A stretch of 64,000 bases of DNA from Octopus bimaculoides (taxonomy: Eukaryota): NCBI RefSeq assembly GCF_001194135.2, contig NC_069001.1, positions 26,042,931 through 26,106,930 on the forward strand, written 5' to 3'. Positions 25,030 through 38,760 of the stretch are shown in pieces (the first letter of the stretch is position 1; the number at the start of each line of letters is the position of its first letter). A program made the position numbers and the translations under genes. The notes under the pieces are model-generated. The model worked only from the letters and a program-made list of their open reading frames with translations, searched no databases and was not told where the DNA came from.

Positions 25030-25479
25030 CATACATATATATATGTGTGTGTGTGTGGATCAAAACGGTTTGATTTAAATTCGTTGGTATTCTTGAGTTC
25101 CAAGCGCGATGCTAGTCGTCAGACATTTTGAATTTCAACGACCAAAGCTGATTACCGTGCGGAGAATATAGCCTTCAAAACGCCTATTACCTTGGAAGTG
25201 TAGTAAACCCTCCCCACAACTTTAGAAGTTAGTCTATCTTTCGCTATATAGTCCTTTTTCTTTTTTCATTCTGCCAAAACATTTAGCAGCGGAATCATTG
25301 TAAATATTTGCTCTCCATTGATGATATGAATATGATTGAATATCTAACTTGTCCTTTATGCGTAACGGCTAAGCAAGGATCTGATGAGAATGGTTACAAA
25401 AACATGACTCCTAGAAACAGACAATAATGTCTTTTTACTGAAAAAGGTTCTGAGGAAAAGAATAAACATTTTTTCGTCA

Positions 25480-26535
25480 TTTTATTCAATAAAGTCTCTT
25501 TCAGCTTTAATAACGGCTTCTATTTGAGGTCTCAATTGCCTACATGCTAGCATCAAGTGGTCTGTTTCATATTGGACATTAATCTGACCATGGAGACTTT
25601 TAGGGATTCGTTCGCAACTACACTTCATACATAGTAGTCCAATGTATTGAGATCTCGGGTGGTAGGAATCCAAATGTTAGTGGCGGGGTTATGTGATCAT
25701 GAAAAATTTCCGCCATCCATTCCTGCATTGATGTAGCCTTTTGTGATGGTGCCGAGTCTTGTTGTAGCAAATAAGTTCTTTCGTTGCGTACATTATCAAT
25801 CCATGGCTTAACAACTCTATTCAAAACATCTATGTAGGCAGCAGCGTTTGCTCGAAGACCTTGTGTAAAGAAGTGAGGAGGCATCACATGTCCTTCATTG
25901 CTGACAACCTGCAAAACCAGGCCAGTTGCAGGATCGTTTCTATGCACTACTCTTGGAACTTCCGAAGGGTCTGTACATCTGTCAGTTCTTCTGTTTACCT
26001 TCTGATCTTGGTCATTTTTCTCGTCTGAGAAGAACAAGATGACATCTTTCTCTGCTGGGTTTTTAAGTTTGCTCAGGAGTCTTCTAGAGATGTTTAAGCG
26101 ATTCTTCTTCACTGTTTCTAACATCAAATTACCTTTTCTCATTGCATAATATTTCTATGTGATGTCTTTGTGGACAACATTTCGAATTGTTCCTTCTAAC
26201 ACATGGTGTTCTTTTGCGATCAACCTCATGGATCTTTTTTGAGATTGTCATCAATGGTCTGCTTTACTTTTTGAATAAATTCTGGTATTCTAATAATATC
26301 AGTGCGTCTACAATGTTTCTTACGTTGTGACACTGGCGATACATTTCCGTCTTTAGCCTCTAACTGCTTGCGAATTTTGTAGACGAAGGATCTAGCGACT
26401 TTTAATAATCGTGCTATTTCTAAATTCCTATGTTCAGCCTTTATAGCCACGATGATTGCGTGCCTCTTCATTTCTTGTATAATCATAAGGTCTGCCATTG
26501 ATAATACTGAAATATAGAAAACATTCTTTTGTACT
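25480..26535 (-). mobile_element. DD37D (maT)-like transposase gene, nearly complete but broken
   Basis: N-terminal HTH-like region (ORF 26226-26543), FFSDEK, QQDSAP and (frameshifted) WIPTTRDLNTLDYYV. There are 37 residues between D2 and D3 if a 5-nt insertion is removed. The C-terminus IKAERDFIE is present. Confidence 0.9.
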
Positions 26536-26665
26536 CTAGGCATAAGGCCCTAAATTTTTGGGGGGGGGGAGCAAGTCGATTAGATGGAACCAGTACGCAA
26601 CTGGTATTTATGTCATCGACCATGAAAGGCAAATTCGACCACGGCGGAATTTGAACTCAGAGCAT
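26536..26665 (-). mobile_element. SINE family A at the 5' end of the maT element
   Basis: ctctaggcataaggccc tail and gaaaggcaaattcgaccacggcggaatttgaactcag body. Confidence 0.85.
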
Positions 26666-26713
26666 AGAGAGATGAAATATAGAAAATNNNNNNNNNNATA
26701 TATATATACATAC

Positions 26714-26745
<32 letters not shown>

Positions 26746-26755
26746 ATGTATGTAT

Positions 26756-26972
26756 ATGGGGAGCTGAAAATTTCCAGGTATTAAGGGTATCGTGAATCGT
26801 CTGGTTGGAGGCCTAAACTTCCGAATTCTTTTACGAGGGCTAGAAAAACTGAAGTGCCGCTGCAATAAGTGTGCAGTTCTGGGAGGGGAATATGTTAAAT
26901 AAACTCATAATTAAATGAACTTCCTATATTTTCTTTTACCCAAAGTCAGGAACATTCCAACACCACTTCGCA
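26756..26972 (+). mobile_element. Internally deleted mariner (DD34D-type) derivative of about 215 bp
   Basis: The left end gggagctgaaaatttccaggtatt and the reverse complement of the right end gtggtgttggaatgttcctgacttt look like diverged TIRs. Internal FYEGLEKLKCRCNKCAVLGGEYVK* resembles the mariner C-terminus. Confidence 0.7.
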
Positions 26973-27649
26973 AACGCACACAGATGTATTTCTATGTATA
27001 TGTGCCTCGCTTCCTCTGTCTCTATCTATCTATCTATCTATCTCTGTTTGTCTACATACATATGAATGCGCGCATGCGCGAGTTTGTTTGTTTATTTGTG
27101 TGTGGCGTGTGTGTCTTTCCGACATTCTCTCTAGATAGTAGAATCTTTATACTTTCAGCCTCTTAAAGTAGACTGAATGTTGCAATGAATCAATTGTATT
27201 GCCTACGCAACGATGTATTAGTTCAAATTCTGTCGATTTTATCGCACTATATGGTGGATTTAATTCAACGCAAATAGTCTATATATTTAAGTACAGAACT
27301 CCTCTACACCCCCAACATAATGTCTTGTTCTCTAATTCCAAATGATCCTAGAATGTATCCTACCCGTCATTTTCTTATTATTGCTACTATGCTTATGAAT
27401 CAATACCTCATTACTCATAATGATCGCCAGGGCACGATTCTAGGTGTGTCAGCAATCTTTCAACTTTCTTTAATCCTATGTATATTGATTACGATGGGTA
27501 TATGATCAACATCTTGAACTTTTGATATTTTTAATCATCATATCACTACTCAATTCCCTCATCGCCTTTGCTTAATATATTTACATCTTGTTTTGGGCAT
27601 CATCAATATTTTTCATTCATTGTGATTCGTTCGTATATTTAGCATAGTC

Positions 27650-29720
27650 AGTTGGTGTCTTTCTGTGTAATGCACAACAAATCTGAATGAGTGATTATAA
27701 ATAGCAAAGCCCTAATTACAGTTTCTCGAGCATTTCTACCCATAATTCGTGTCTTTTATTGAGAAGGTATAATTTACAGCAGCAGCCTGATATGTGAAAA
27801 GACGTCTTCGACACTCAACTAGCTTTGCAGTTATGTTCGATGTTTTGCAGTTGGTGCTATATCATATTTTACTAAATATTTTCGAAATCATTCTTAGAAT
27901 ATTTCGAACCTGATCTCCATGGTAACGTACCTAGTACATCTCCGTTTAAATTGATGAGGTGTTTCAACATTCAGCCTTGATACTGCAGATGTGTAAGGTA
28001 TCTTCCTGAACATATCTAAGCTGAGTGTCAGTAGGCAAATCCTTTTCTGTTGAGTGTTTTTTTTTAAGATAATACTCTCTGTATCGGCTCCGTTTCCACT
28101 TTTATTGAAAGGGAACAATATATGTCATTTAAATTCAGTAGAATATACAACTTGCATGAAAACTTCCGTAAATTACCTGAAGTGGTTTTCCTTAAGATTG
28201 TTAACATTTTTTTTTTTTATACTTTTAAGAGAATTGTTAGGAAGCCAGATGAGTTTAAGATAATTTCAACTACGGCTTATATATACACTCACCTGATTGA
28301 TTTATTTATTTCCTATGTTAACATTAAAAGTACTTTTAAACACTTCCCTCAATATTTAATTTGTGGCTTTGATGTCTGCATTCAGAGCCTGTTTCCTTCG
28401 AAATTTGAGTTGTTTTACAGTGTACTGAATTCATACTTTTGCAGATTTCGTTTATTTTATATTTTATACATCTCCGCATCGCCTTTCTCCTTCCTCATGC
28501 ATCATGGTTGTATTTCAATTTGGTCTACATTTATAAGAATACTGCTTCTAGTAGGACATTTTGATGCTGTCGTATAGTTCACTGATTTTAGTCAAGAATA
28601 TTTCTATGGAAACTGAATTATTTTCTTTCTAATTTATGATGGAATTCTTGGCATTGATTATTTGAATTTTATGTTTTTGGCTTCTGTAGATATACTTTCG
28701 AAGCAGTTCTGTTTGAGAATATTTTTCTGAATCCATGCTTACCTAGATTTGTAGGTGTTCAAAGAGAACAGGTTTCGACGGCTTCTTGCGGAGTTCGTAG
28801 TTATGGTTTCCTTTCAACCATGCATTGTTAATATTCTATGTTGCATATATAGGTGGAGGTGCAGCGGACTCGCGGTCGTAGGATCGCGGTTTCGATTCCC
28901 AGACCGGGCGTTGTTAGTGTTTATTGAGCGAAAACACCTAAAGCTCCACGAGGCTCCGGCAGGGGATGGTAGCGAACCATGCTGTACTCTTTCACCACAA
29001 CTTTCTCTCACTCTTACTTCCTGTTTCTGTTGTGCCTGTAATTCAAAGGGTCAGCCTTGTCACACTGTGTCACGCTGAATATCCCCGAGAACTACGTTAA
29101 GGATACACGTGTCTGTGGAGTGCTCAGCCACTTGCACGTTAATTTCACGAGCAGGCTGTTCCGTTTATCGGATCAACTGGAACCCTGGACGTCGTAAGCG
29201 ACGGAGTGCCAACAACAACAAACAACATATGTAGAGAAAATCATCGATGACTACGTGTAGCTGTCGATGATTTCTGTATTATTTACGAATTCGATATCTA
29301 TAGTATTTTCCACTCACTTCTTATTTACATTATTATTGGTTCTATGAGCAAGACATTTTAGAGGCAAGCTGCTGAATCACCTTGTCATTGTTCATATTAT
29401 GTTACCTTCGTAACATTTGACATTGGCGGAGGTTTACGTCAATAAAGTTAAGTACACTGAAATATCAGATCATATAATTTAATATCTCTTTAAAATTTCT
29501 AGCAACATCTTCAAAATTAGTACGGTCATACAAAGGCATTCAGTGGATCAAATATTCTACATACCTAATTTTATCAAACGGCTTCGTATGCACGTCTATC
29601 GTGTCATAAATCAATTTTAGTAAGTCAGCAATTTCAATGTGCCATGATATTTACGCTTGTACATCGCAAATACTACAGCGCTTCATTCTTTGACAGCACG
29701 AAATACGACGTATATAGGCA
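27650..29720 (-). mobile_element. Old, heavily degraded PLE relic interrupted by SINE C
   Basis: Scattered minus-strand motifs in PLE order: YHG..EIADL (~29615-29650), RYVEYL (decayed RYVDD-like, ~29550), LNFIDVNL (~29435-29455), FRKIFSN (~28715-28740), LLNKRHEL (~27740-27765). Confidence 0.45.
28853..29225 (+). mobile_element. SINE family C (tRNA-like head, (CAA)n tail), well preserved, with a probable TSD
   Basis: B-box-like ggtttcgattcc and tail cgacggagtgcc(aac)n. TSD-like catatatag (28844-28852) and catatgtag (29226-29234). The head lacks the A-box segment seen at 63974. Confidence 0.85.
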
Positions 29721-30267
29721 ATATATTTGAATAGCTGCTGTGCTTTTTAGTTACAAGCGTTTCTCTAAAGGCCATGCAAATTGTTTGACTGAATATAGTG
29801 ACTAATCACAGGAAGGGTACATTACATTAGTACAATATAGCAGTATTTCTAACGTGACACCCTAACAATTGTCAATGCTTCGGTGTACAAGCTGTGGTGG
29901 CATTTGTAGTCGAGTGCATGGGTTTTCACACTTTACCGCAGCAGCCAGAAAAGATTTTGTATTATATATATAGACAAAAAAGCATTACATATAAGAATAT
30001 ATGTGCGTGTGGTGATGTGCATGTACTCATGCATTTACACACAGAAACATTTGTCTTTCTTTCTCTCTTATCTCTTTCTCTTCTCTCTCTCTCTCTCTTT
30101 ATGTATAGATTCGTGTGTGTGTGTTATGTATTCCTGTATATATATATATATATATATATATTTAGAAAGAGAGAGGTTAAATATGAGTATGTATGTCTGT
30201 ACTTATATACATATAAGTATACACACACATACATATATATAAACGTATACACACAAACACACACAAA

Positions 30268-30299
<32 letters not shown>

Positions 30300-32153
30300 N
30301 NNNNNNNNNNNNNNNNNNNNNNNNATATATCTAAAGATACATATATATGAGAGCGAGAGAAATAGATGGATGGATAAAAGGCAAATATATTAATACATAG
30401 CTATATAGACCTTAATAGCTGTGTGTGTTTAGTGCCTGATTATTTTTGTGAAAGCATTTCCTATTATTCGGGATTTTACCACTGGATCACCTTTGTGTGT
30501 GTCTATATGTGTTTTTGATTTGTAGAACAGAGTGGAGTTGCACAACTCAACACACGGTTATGTAATACTTTTAATCGACAACAAAAATTTACCAAAGTCT
30601 TTCAACATCTGAATCATTGTTGTATATATATGTATTTGTGTTCATGTGTGAAGGTGAATGCACATGTGTCTTCGTGCGCTTCAGTGTTCGTTGCGTGGAA
30701 ATAAATTGAATCAGGATGTCTTTGAAATACCATTAAATAAGGATAATTTTACTACTAACTCGTTCATTTTCCCATGAGAAATATTTCGTTCTGTATCCTA
30801 TCATTTCATGAGGTTGTGTGCAAATGACGATATTCTCTGTAGCTGGTCACGGCAAAACATTCGCGGCCGTGACGTTCTATATAAAAACCGGCCAAGTTTT
30901 AATATTTCACCAGTTTGATATTTTCTATGCACATTATGAATACCCTGAAAAGCTATCAACATGGAATTATTCTGAATGGGTAAAACATCACCTATATGGC
31001 AATATGTCATACACGAATTTAAGAGATTAGATGCCAATTCGTCTCTCAAAAGCATAATTCATTGAATGTTCTAAATGAATAATTATATAATAATCGGGAC
31101 GACGAAATTAGACGAAATTAATGAGGCGATACTCACATATACACAAATACACACACACACATACGTACACACGCACGCACATACACACAAAATATATGTT
31201 GACATTTATATTAATATATAGAGAAAGTTTGAAGTATATAGATTAATGACACGCATATACACATATGTAAAAATATATGTGTGTGTTTGTGTGTATCTGC
31301 GTGCGCACGCGCGAATATGGCGAAGTTAGATATAAAAGCTGGATAGTTCAACTAGTCAATACACATATATGGAAATACAGACAAGCGTGCAGCCAAACCT
31401 GCTGAAACTAATATTCACACATACATATATTTTAATTATATATAATACTTAGATGAAATCATAAAATATATTTTTTTCAAATCTTATTCCCAAAGGAAAG
31501 ATGACGTTCCTGCAGACTGAGTGGTTCTATGCCTGAAAGACCACGCTTCCTCCATTGCTATACAAGAATTGAGCCATAACAATATAAACATTATGTCAGT
31601 GATGTGAAAATTGCATGGATAACAATTATTATAGAAATCTTTTGATGATTAATTACAAATTGGTGATAAAAATTTTCACATTCTACTACATATAAATATT
31701 TTCATCAATAAATACATATATAAATACGTACACACGCTAATAGATATGTTGAGCATAAAGACAGCATGTATGTGTCACTGATTGTGTGTTAGTGTCTATG
31801 GTGAGTATTTATAGTATATATATGTATGTGTATGTATAAATATGCACACGCACACACACACATACATACATACATACACACACGTATATATACACATAAA
31901 TATGCACGCAGTGAGAGCTTGAGGGAGACAGACAGTGAAATATTTATAGATTGATGTGTACGTATATTCATACATGGGAAATTACAGGAATGGAAAATAT
32001 AGATGCGTGTATATATATGTGTGTATTTGTGGCATGTATTTGAGAGTATATGTCCACTTGTATACAGAAACATACAAAATGTATTAGGATAGATCTCTTT
32101 CTTTGAACATACAAATGAATGCATACACATAGAGACTCACACACACACACAAG

Positions 32154-32185
<32 letters not shown>

Positions 32186-33438
32186 GTGTACATCCACATA
32201 TTCGTGTGGTCGATCAACATGATATATATTATATAATCATTACATCATGTATACTGGAAAGAGAACATATGAATCGCCTTATATAATCATAAAAGAAATT
32301 AGGCACAAACAAATCACGCAAGCGACTTGTGGCTTAAGCCATGTTCTTGTCAATTGTTCTTCTCGTGAAATCATTGGTACCGTCAGTTTGTCTGTATGTA
32401 TATTGGCTGACGTACTAGCAGTAATGGCGGTGCGCTAGTTAACTCATGTCGTAGAGATTTTAGGTCCTTTTTTATTGACTATCGTTTCTAAAACATGCAC
32501 GCAAGCACACAAATACATACAAAAACCCATACACACGCACATGCATATACACACATAGATACATATGTACACGTATGTATATATGTATATATATCTGAAG
32601 AAAGATTTTCGTAAACATTAATAATTATTTAAAACAAAATGACAAGGAAAACAAAATAACAGGAATATTTTGGGGAAAAAATTCCGTGTTGTGTATGCGT
32701 ATTCCTTGTTTACTGTTTAACAGACGTTATGGGAAAATCTGTAGAGCGAAAATTGCTTCTATTAGCAGTGTTGACTAATTCTGTTTTAGTTTTGGATTAA
32801 GAATTCTTACTTGATATTCGTTGTTTTAGTCAATAATTGTCTTCCTTTATTTTGAAAAAGAGGCAATGTTTCGAAATTTTCGTTTGCACAAATGTCCAGG
32901 TGTTCACTACGTGGAATATTACTAAGTGATAAACTGTTGATTTGTTGCTTATGTGCCCTAACTCGATGAATTTATTGGAAATGCACTGTACATATTCCTC
33001 TCAGTAAGAAATTCTACAAAGTCTATATTTAAGTTTAGATGCTTCTAAAAAATTGTCTTTCAGTTTTCACTTACAAAACTGTTCCGGTGATATGACAGTT
33101 GCGAACATCATTACATTAGAGAATTATCAATCAGCAAATCTATCTTCCCTAAAATGAAACTTATGTGTAAATTTCAGTTACGCCCTCGAGCGATTTCTTT
33201 TGTCTACGAAATGATTGCTTTCATTATGAAACTTTTAAGATATTACACGGTGAGATTGCAGTTCCCTACCGTAGAAAAGGACGTGTGAGAATCGATCGAT
33301 GAGCGCTATAAGGGTAGCCGTATTGTGTGACACGCATGTGCAGCTGCATAGATATATGCACACATGGAGATACAGACAAGGAGCCACACGTACAAGACAT
33401 ACACACACGTACACTCCAATATATATACATATACTTAC

Positions 33439-33486
<48 letters not shown>

Positions 33487-33523
33487 AAATATATGTATAT
33501 ATTTGAACTCTCCATTTTATTAT

Positions 33524-33568
<45 letters not shown>

Positions 33569-34114
33569 GGGGGGGGGCGTGTGTGGGGGTGTGCATGTTT
33601 TAGAAAAGCAAAATGGTAAGTATTTCAGTCCAGACATATCTATAACTTAACACAAGCTGGCAGGAGAGAATCCAAGATAATATTCCATTCTTTGCATTCA
33701 GTGTGAAAACATTTCCTCCCATTTAATCCTGTAGAGCTCCACATCCAGAAATATATAAACATACTCCAGATTTATGCAGAAGCAGACGTAAACGTACACA
33801 CAAACAGATTGTCTATAAATATAATTGCGCTTTTGGCTGAAATCACTAGTAAATATCCATTACTTCTATGATTGTTTCACTATTATATTCCCATTCATTT
33901 TACTTTTTCACTGTTTTATTGATAAATCATGATTTATTTGCAGTAAATAACTTTATATCTGTTTTAATAATCTGTCGTGAAAGAAGCGAAGTAATAAAAA
34001 GTCAGATGATATAGCGCATAGAGTGGACAATCGCAGATATACATATAGATGTATAGATATATCATCTCCTGAGATACCTACTGATTGAGAGGCGAAGAGT
34101 TAGATAGATTGACT

Positions 34115-34154
<40 letters not shown>

Positions 34155-35132
34155 AGCAAAATGATGAAACATATTAGAAATGAAGGAGAACACCAGTTTT
34201 AGTATCACTTCAGTTATACACTCATATTTCTAAATGACATGCAATATAATTAGTCCAACTTATGGATTTAAAATCCTACGTTCAACAATTTCAACCAGTT
34301 GATTATCGTTCCCCCGGCGCTAGGAATTTCGGTGTGGCCACATGAACGGCAAGAAATCATCACCAAATTATTCAAACATTTAGTTAGTTATGTGGTTTCT
34401 AGTATAGGAAGGACAAAACAATTACTACTGGAAGGCAAAATATAATACGCCAACACAACAAAGTTAGTAGACGCAGATCATTAAGTCAGCCTAAGTTGTA
34501 GAAGAAGCTAGTCAGTATAGATGTGCTTTGAAATAGAAGATATGAAGTAGTTAATATATATGGTTCATAATGTACTGACATATGGATGATAATCGCTGAA
34601 ACTCACCGATATTTTTTCTCAAGGAAAAAATAATAAAGAAATCGAGCACAAATCAAGCAACAAAAAGTTTTAGAAGAGAAACGATTCGCTTGCTGATGCA
34701 ATAACGAGCAGGAAAACACAAGGCCTAAGAGGAATCGCCCCCTCTCATCGACCAACGTCAAAGTTAAAGGAGGCATAAAGAACAAAGTAATCTACTGAAA
34801 GTGCACACATGCAAGCACATACACGCAAGTATATAACACGACCGCACACATACACACATAAATATATTAGAAATGATTATGTATACACATAAATATAGAC
34901 ACATATACATATATTATGCTATATACATATACACATGAACAGCTACATGCATATATATGCATATGTATATAGTTAACATTTCTTGGATAATTAATTGGTT
35001 AGTCAATTAAGCAATTATCAATGGGTGTGTCAAAGTATTTCGCCCCACATAACTGTTCTTGCTCAAGGCGTTCCTACTTCTGAAATCAAAGTCGATAAAT
35101 GGTACTGACTCAAGTCGTACATTACTATGTCA

Positions 35133-35164
<32 letters not shown>

Positions 35165-35364
35165 NNNNNNNNNNNNNNNNNNNNNNNNNNNNNNNNNNNN
35201 NNNNNNNNNNNNNNNNNNNNGTGTAGGTCTATTGGATGCTGTATTTATATATAAAAATGATTTAAAGGTCATGCTAAGGCTATTTCGTATTAATCCTCTT
35301 CCTCATTATTAATATTATCAACATTATATATTCTCATTTATCTTTTACATGTTTCACTCATTAA

Positions 35365-35530
35365 ATCGCGGCCACGCTACAGCTCCGCCTTCAACAATTT
35401 TGTAGTGCAGTGAATTGATTCCAATAATTTTGGTTAAAGCCTAGTATTTATTCTGTTGCTAACCTTTATGTTACTGGAGCGAGAACACACCAGCATCGGA
35501 TATCAAGCGGTCCCGGGGGACAAACACGGA
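35365..35530 (-). mobile_element. SINE family B, 3' half, degenerate
   Basis: cgcggccacgctacagctccgccttc..aaagcctagtatttattct..acaccagcatcgg. Confidence 0.7.
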
Positions 35531-36680
35531 CCGAAACACTCGCACACACAGACAGACAGACAGATGCAAACACACACATGCAGACGTACGAACACACGAA
35601 ACCCCATAATATGCCACTGTTCTCAACGCGAAAGACTATGTATACATAGTGACTGTAACACCACTCGTTTACCTGGCACAAGACGCATAATTCGTTCAAG
35701 CAATACCAGCCAAAGCCAAACGACACATCTTTCAACACCACAGCCACCACTAAAAGCTAAATTACACTTAATAATCTCTACACGTATAATCCAGAATACC
35801 AACACAAATGATTATTACTGATCCATGACTGTCCCTTCATTCATCTTCTAAGGACTCCATGCATTAGTAAAAGCATGTCATGAAACCTTCACCAAATCCA
35901 GAGTAGAAATTTTCCTATCAGTGGCAGTGTTGATTCCTGACAGGATACTAACCCCAGGAACCTCAGAGGAATAGTGCACATAGGACTTGGGTTGATACAT
36001 GGAATGTATCTATCTATCTATTTATTTGTATATATCTATCGATATGTATATGTTTATAACTATATATATATATATATATATCGAACACTGACAGTGATCA
36101 ACACTGCATTGGTGGGTAAAGGGTCAGTACTTGCGTATTAAGGCTACCGTTGGTTTCATGTTAATTAAATCCTTAATGATTTTCTCGCCTATCACACAGA
36201 ACATCCGTGTTCGACAGAAGTCCGGATTAAAACACGCAAAATCACGTATAGTCAAGACAAAGACAACGAGAGATGTTTGTGTAAAGAAGGAACAAGACTT
36301 CAGGAGCAATAATTCTCCGATGATAATCTCCTCTGACTCTACTTTTCAAACAATTCAATGCATTCGAATCTTTCTTATCCTTGTAGATACGCACACATAC
36401 GCGAGTCAATGTTTTACCTGCATTAGTATTTTTGAAGTTTAGAATTTTAAAGTATGTTCCATTAATGGTTAATAGTCGCGTAATGTTTAGTGTATATCTT
36501 AGTATCATATAATTCCTGTGTTGTTTTAATTGAGTGCTTTAACTTGTCTATATTTTATAACTTTGTGTATATTCATGAATTAATAGTTTTTCAGTCTATG
36601 CATCATTTATGCATATGCAAGCATTCACCTGTATGTGCACACACACATGCGTACACATGCAGATAAACACACGCACCCAT

Positions 36681-36727
<47 letters not shown>

Positions 36728-36899
36728 GCACATATATATATATATATAGAGAGAGAGATACATGCATTGAGATAAATAGATAGATACATAAATACATTCA
36801 TACATACAAGATAAATATTTCCCAATACATTTGCACGTGTGCCCATGATTGTGAAGTTCCACTTACCTTACACAAATTTTATATAATTTAATGCATCTT

Positions 36900-36978
<79 letters not shown>

Positions 36979-36979
36979 G

Positions 36980-37021
<42 letters not shown>
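36900..37021. repeat. (CA)n/(TA)n microsatellite
   Basis: Directly visible. Confidence 0.95.
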
Positions 37022-37024
<3 letters not shown>

Positions 37025-37882
37025 GTGTTGAAGATAAGACAGATCTTCAATCTGATCTGTTAGCTTTCATCCAATGGGCAGATGAACATAATATGCATCT
37101 AAACGAGAAAAATTCAACTGAAGCCACTTCGGTAAAGAGACTGCATTCCAACAACCATACATTCTTCCCTCATATGAAATCCTCGTGGCATCCAGCACTG
37201 CTAGAGACTTGGGTGTTACAGTTGACAGTAAAATAAGCTAGAGTGCTCACATAAACAGCAAAGTTGACATGGCTCGCAGGGCGTGCTCCTGGATCCTCAG
37301 GACTTCCCGGTCTAGAGACGCCCCTATCATGCTGTTGTCCGCTGTTGTTCTCCTTATGATACAGAATAATATGCAAATGGAAGCTCCGCAGAGATCAAAA
37401 AAAAAAACGAAAAAGGCTGACATGAAAATCCTTGACTGTTGTGATCGACTCACAAGGCTCAGCCTTTACACCTTCCAACGCCGCCGTGAGTGCTATATAA
37501 TCTGGATGATGTGGAAAATATTCCATCAACATTGCCCAAATGATATAGGTATCGACTTTAAAATTCATCCGCGATTTGGCGCCCGTGCCATCTGTCCACT
37601 ACAGAAATTATATCCATGTCGTATCGCAATACAACGACAGAACTATTTCACCTCAACTGGCCCTGCTATCTTCAACATCGTGCTAGTCCACATAAAGCCG
37701 GAAAGTGATTTCACGACGTTAAAACGGTCCCTAGATGATTACCTCCAAGAAATACCAGATAAACCACCCACACCCAGATATGTCTCTGCTCAAATGGATT
37801 ATGGTGCCCAAGATCTGACTGTGTTTCTCTTCCAGGTGGTGCTATTAAATTAGACATCGCCAGGGCCAAATTCGGCTGAAAC
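37022..37882 (+). mobile_element. CR1/L2-like LINE, 3' part of ORF2 plus 3' UTR
   Basis: DLQSDLLAFIQWADEHNMHLN, RDLGVTVD, LTRLSLYTFQRRRECYIIWMMWKI, FNIVLVHIK..LKRSLDDYLQEIPDKP; ends ggctgaaac. Confidence 0.85.
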
Positions 37883-38310
37883 TTTTCTAAGTAACTTCTA
37901 AGTATGTACCGAGATAGTTAAGTAGATGGTTGCACAATTATAATACATACACATATTTATATGATACTTTGACATATTATACGTATAAAGATACATGTAC
38001 ACCTTTAATATTCTCATACGTAAATCAATTGTAATAGATGTGAATGCGTGATATACATATACTATTTGGGTGTTTGAGTATGTGTCTATTTGTAGCTGTT
38101 TTCAATTTCTTTTCTTAAAAACAACCGAGATTTTTGTTGAAATTCAACTCCACCAAATTATGTCTGCAGTAAGGTTTTCCCAAGTTTTCTACAGTTAACT
38201 CATTTCAGATGTCCCAATGATATTATGAGGAAATAAGGTTTTGATATTATGAGGAAATAAACTTTGCATATATATATATATATATATATANNNNNNNNNN
38301 TGCCTAGTCT

Positions 38311-38760
38311 CAAGAAAGCGCTCAACTGCTATTTTAATCCGCGGTTTCATTTTTTCTGAGAACAGGATTTTATATGTATGAATGATAACCTACTCGGAAT
38401 AATCGTGCTGTTGGCCAATTCTATATCTTTCGGCAGCAAGTATCTCAATATCAAAGGGCATATATCCCTGACATTAAATTGTAAGATTCTCTCTGTGGAC
38501 TTAACCGTTTGCCCCTGAACCACTGATATATTTTCTACTGTTGCTCCATTGTTTCAGGTCAGTTATATGGGTCAACTCAAATTTTATATTTCTTAGTATA
38601 TTTCTACATACAAATGTTAAATTTATGAATTCAGGTATATCATAAATCCCAGAATTAATATTTCATATGAATTTATACGATGTTGCTTGTATTACATACT
38701 CGATTGTGTATCTTGGCTTCATGACTTCATAAGAGACTTCGCAATAAATACTTAGAAATA
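38311..38760 (-). mobile_element. Degraded PLE RT fragment
   Basis: Minus strand LKQWSNS..QWFRG..ILQFNVRDICPLI (motif-A-like QFDI.D.YP) followed by IIHT.KILFS..K, with frameshifts. Confidence 0.4.

Noticed and set aside
29238-29273. 36-nt near-perfect hairpin beside SINE C
   Set aside because: It is short, lies inside a decayed PLE relic rather than at an element end, and has no supporting context.
32401-32440. CCAAT, CRE and YY1-like motif cluster
   Set aside because: aatggcggtgcgctag also matches a decayed family-A SINE head, and such short motifs arise by chance.
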